64,000 bases of DNA. It comes from an uncultured euryarchaeote (GTDB taxonomy: Archaea; Thermoplasmatota; Poseidoniia; Poseidoniales; Poseidoniaceae). Positions within the stretch are counted from its first letter, which is position 1. Each line of letters opens with the position of its first letter. The stretch covers positions 11,581 to 75,580 of the forward strand of contig CALDNA010000050.1 of NCBI GenBank assembly GCA_937915175.1, given 5' to 3'. Positions 62,273-64,000 of the stretch are shown here, piece by piece. The position numbers were made by a program, and so were the translations under genes. Under the pieces are notes generated by a model. The model saw only the letters and a program-made list of their open reading frames with translations. It did not search any database and was not told where the DNA came from.

Positions 62273-62635
62273 ATGCGCGTGCTTGTTTTCGAGGACTCAT
62301 ACGATGTTGAAGCCATGCTTCAATCTGCAGGCGTCAACCTCAGCAATACTGTTCTTCTCCAGAGATGGTCGTCAGAAGATGCAATCCAACACATCGAAGC
62401 GTTTCAGCCGCAGGTGGTCATGCTGGATTTCTTTATGCCCCCCCACACAGGTTTGGAAGTTCTTTCGATGCTGAATCGAGCCGTTCGAGAAGGAGCGGTG
62501 GTTCGCCCGGACTTGGTGATTGGAATCTCAAGCGAGAACGAAGCGAATGCCATGATGCTCCACGAGGGTGCTGATCAGGTCATCATCAAATTTGACCTCC
62601 ATGCGTTGAGCATTTGGAACGGGGTTTTGAGTTAA
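62273..62635 (+). CDS. stand-alone CheY-like receiver domain protein
   Basis: MRVLVFEDS (acidic pair), VVMLDFFMPPHTGLEV (phospho-acceptor Asp), VIGISSE (Ser/Thr), VIIKF (Lys). Starts 10 nt after the S15 peptidase stop. Confidence 0.65.
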   Translation: MRVLVFEDSYDVEAMLQSAGVNLSNTVLLQRWSSEDAIQHIEAFQPQVVMLDFFMPPHTGLEVLSMLNRAVREGAVVRPDLVIGISSENEANAMMLHEGADQVIIKFDLHALSIWNGVLS

Positions 62636-62678
62636 TTTCAGGCGATGAGGCTAAATTGCGCCCCCCGTTGAGCGGTGC

Positions 62679-63416
62679 ATGGTTGACATTGACATGCCCA
62701 ATGTGAGCTCGCCGCTCATGCAGCAGTTGGAAGCACTTGGCCCCCTTTTCGGGATTGTGTTGATCCTTGCTGGCGTGTTCCTGATGATTCGGGGCCATGA
62801 GCGCCTGCAGTACATTGCAGCCGCCGTCGGCGCAGGCGTGGGTTACGTTGGCGCACCGTTGGTCTACGAGCTTATTCCTGATGGAACCATCGAGGAACTT
62901 TACATCATGATCATATTGATGCTCGTCACGGCAGGAATTCTATTGATGACCGTTCAACTTACCATCTATTTGGGTGCATCAATGGGGATCTATTTGGGAT
63001 TTAGTTGGGGGTTCCGGTGGCTGGATGCAAGAGGTTATGAGTTTGCAAGCAACCAATTTTTTACCAATGTAATGGCTGTCATAGCCTTCTTTTCAGTCCT
63101 TTACATACGCAAAAAGTTGCCAATTTTTGTTTCTGCATTGCTCGGCAGTTTGGCATTGCTTTCAGGCATGTTGGTGCTCAGTGGTGAGCCACTTTCATCG
63201 CTTGACCCGGGGAACTCCTCCACCATCGTCATTGTACTGATGCTTTCCACACTGAGCGTTAGCGTTCAGATGAGAGCAATAAAGCGAAAATGGGAAGCGG
63301 AACTTCCACCTGAAGAAAGGGGTCTAAGTCGGAAAGATCGGCGCAAGAAAATGGCTGCGGAAGACCCTCGAATTTATCGAGCACCCTCTGAGCATGACTT
63401 GCCCGATTTGCGCTAA
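62679..63416 (+). CDS. hypothetical polytopic membrane protein with a basic C-tail
   Basis: About 6 hydrophobic helices (e.g. LGPLFGIVLILAGVFLMI, IMIILMLVTAGILLMTVQLTIYLGA). C-terminal KRKWEAELPPEERGLSRKDRRKK. Confidence 0.6.
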   Translation: MVDIDMPNVSSPLMQQLEALGPLFGIVLILAGVFLMIRGHERLQYIAAAVGAGVGYVGAPLVYELIPDGTIEELYIMIILMLVTAGILLMTVQLTIYLGASMGIYLGFSWGFRWLDARGYEFASNQFFTNVMAVIAFFSVLYIRKKLPIFVSALLGSLALLSGMLVLSGEPLSSLDPGNSSTIVIVLMLSTLSVSVQMRAIKRKWEAELPPEERGLSRKDRRKKMAAEDPRIYRAPSEHDLPDLR

Positions 63417-63460
63417 ATGTGCAAACGAAACTTCAAAACCTTCCCTTTGGACAATAAACC

Positions 63461-64000
63461 ATGCCCGAGGACTTGGTCTACGGTAAGAGCGCCACTGACC
63501 GTTGGACTTTCTTAGCAACCGCAATTGTGGCTGTGGCCCTTGCTCTTGCCTTTGCCAAGGTGAGCCTCAAGCCATTGTGGCAAGAAAGCGCACAGTCGTT
63601 CATAGCCCCCTGGGCGCCGATTGCGCTCGTGATGCTCACCAGGTTCATCGCTCTGGCCTGCGGAATCTGGGCCATCATCAGCATGTTCCGGGTTGGTCCA
63701 GGCAACATGCAAGTGCTCCTTCATGAGCAGCGAACAATGAAATTACTGCACCCAGTAAACTTTGAGAAATTCGTCACCTTCAGTTCTTGGACGCTGCTGT
63801 GTAATATCCTTTATTTTGGCAGCGTTAGTGTTGCTTCAGTCATGACGCTCAATGGAAATCAAGTCCCTCTTTGGCTTGAGAGGTTCGAAGTCAGTATGTT
63901 TGCAATCGCTTGCAGTTCAGCATTTTTGACAGCAACAATCGTTCGCCACATTCTTCTTCCAGACCTGATGAAATCAGATCGAGATCCCAATTTCCTCTTC
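63461..64000 (+). CDS. hypothetical membrane protein, N-terminal 180 codons; runs off the right edge
   Basis: Absent from the track because it has no stop. Hand translation from ATG 63461 is open to position 64000: MPEDLVYGKSATDRWTFLATAIVAVALALAFAK...IALVMLTRFIALACGIWAIISMF..., with several TM helices. Confidence 0.5.
   Translation, partial: MPEDLVYGKSATDRWTFLATAIVAVALALAFAKVSLKPLWQESAQSFIAPWAPIALVMLTRFIALACGIWAIISMFRVGPGNMQVLLHEQRTMKLLHPVNFEKFVTFSSWTLLCNILYFGSVSVASVMTLNGNQVPLWLERFEVSMFAIACSSAFLTATIVRHILLPDLMKSDRDPNFLF

Overview
Gene-dense window (about 95% coding, no rRNA, CRISPR, integrase or transposase seen). I infer it is a chromosome segment of a streamlined marine planktonic euryarchaeon, possibly Poseidoniales/MGII-like; this is not a database result. 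Archaeal indicators: a PGF-CTERM sorting signal, a Taw2/Trm5 (Met-10+) enzyme, an NFACT protein, stand-alone RAM-domain proteins, a tRNA-Gln with an A1-U72 acceptor end, and TATA-like boxes placed for leaderless or short-leader mRNAs. These are mixed with bacterial-type genes (RNase PH, UvrC, thiolase, TPMT). Housekeeping content includes aconitase, 2-oxoacid:ferredoxin oxidoreductase, glutaredoxin, quinone oxidoreductase, a DEAD-box helicase, MogA, dihydroorotase, thiamine pyrophosphokinase, M32/M29/S15 peptidases, and tRNA-Gln and tRNA-Phe. More than a third of the window encodes giant, extremely acidic, calcium-binding, N-glycosylation-sequon-rich surface proteins. (i) A 1224-aa extracellular protein with at least 11 canonical EF-hand loops and a PGF-CTERM anchor. 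(ii) A roughly 2100-aa protein combining a 7x FG-GAP (integrin-alpha-like) region with about 18 thrombospondin-type-3 repeats and a 176-aa cytoplasmic tail; a cytosolic EF-hand / polyQ / zinc-ribbon protein follows on the same strand. (iii) A tightly packed five-gene minus-strand operon (GT4, BNR propeller, PPC+TSP3 protein, Ig-like protein, DUF4105-like protein) divergent from a GT2. (iv) A 1619-aa beta-helix/PKD-like giant. (v) A 1074-aa orphan type-I membrane protein. Also notable: a wHTH/NB-ARC STAND NTPase convergent with two tandem stand-alone RAM proteins, a helicase RGG tail built from perfect 96-nt repeats, and nine convergent gene junctions that are all 12 nt or less, three of them with abutting stop codons. 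My best candidates for an undescribed system are the integrin-like adhesin plus cytosolic Ca/polyQ partner and the adjacent five-gene surface operon. All functional links are inference from motifs read by eye.
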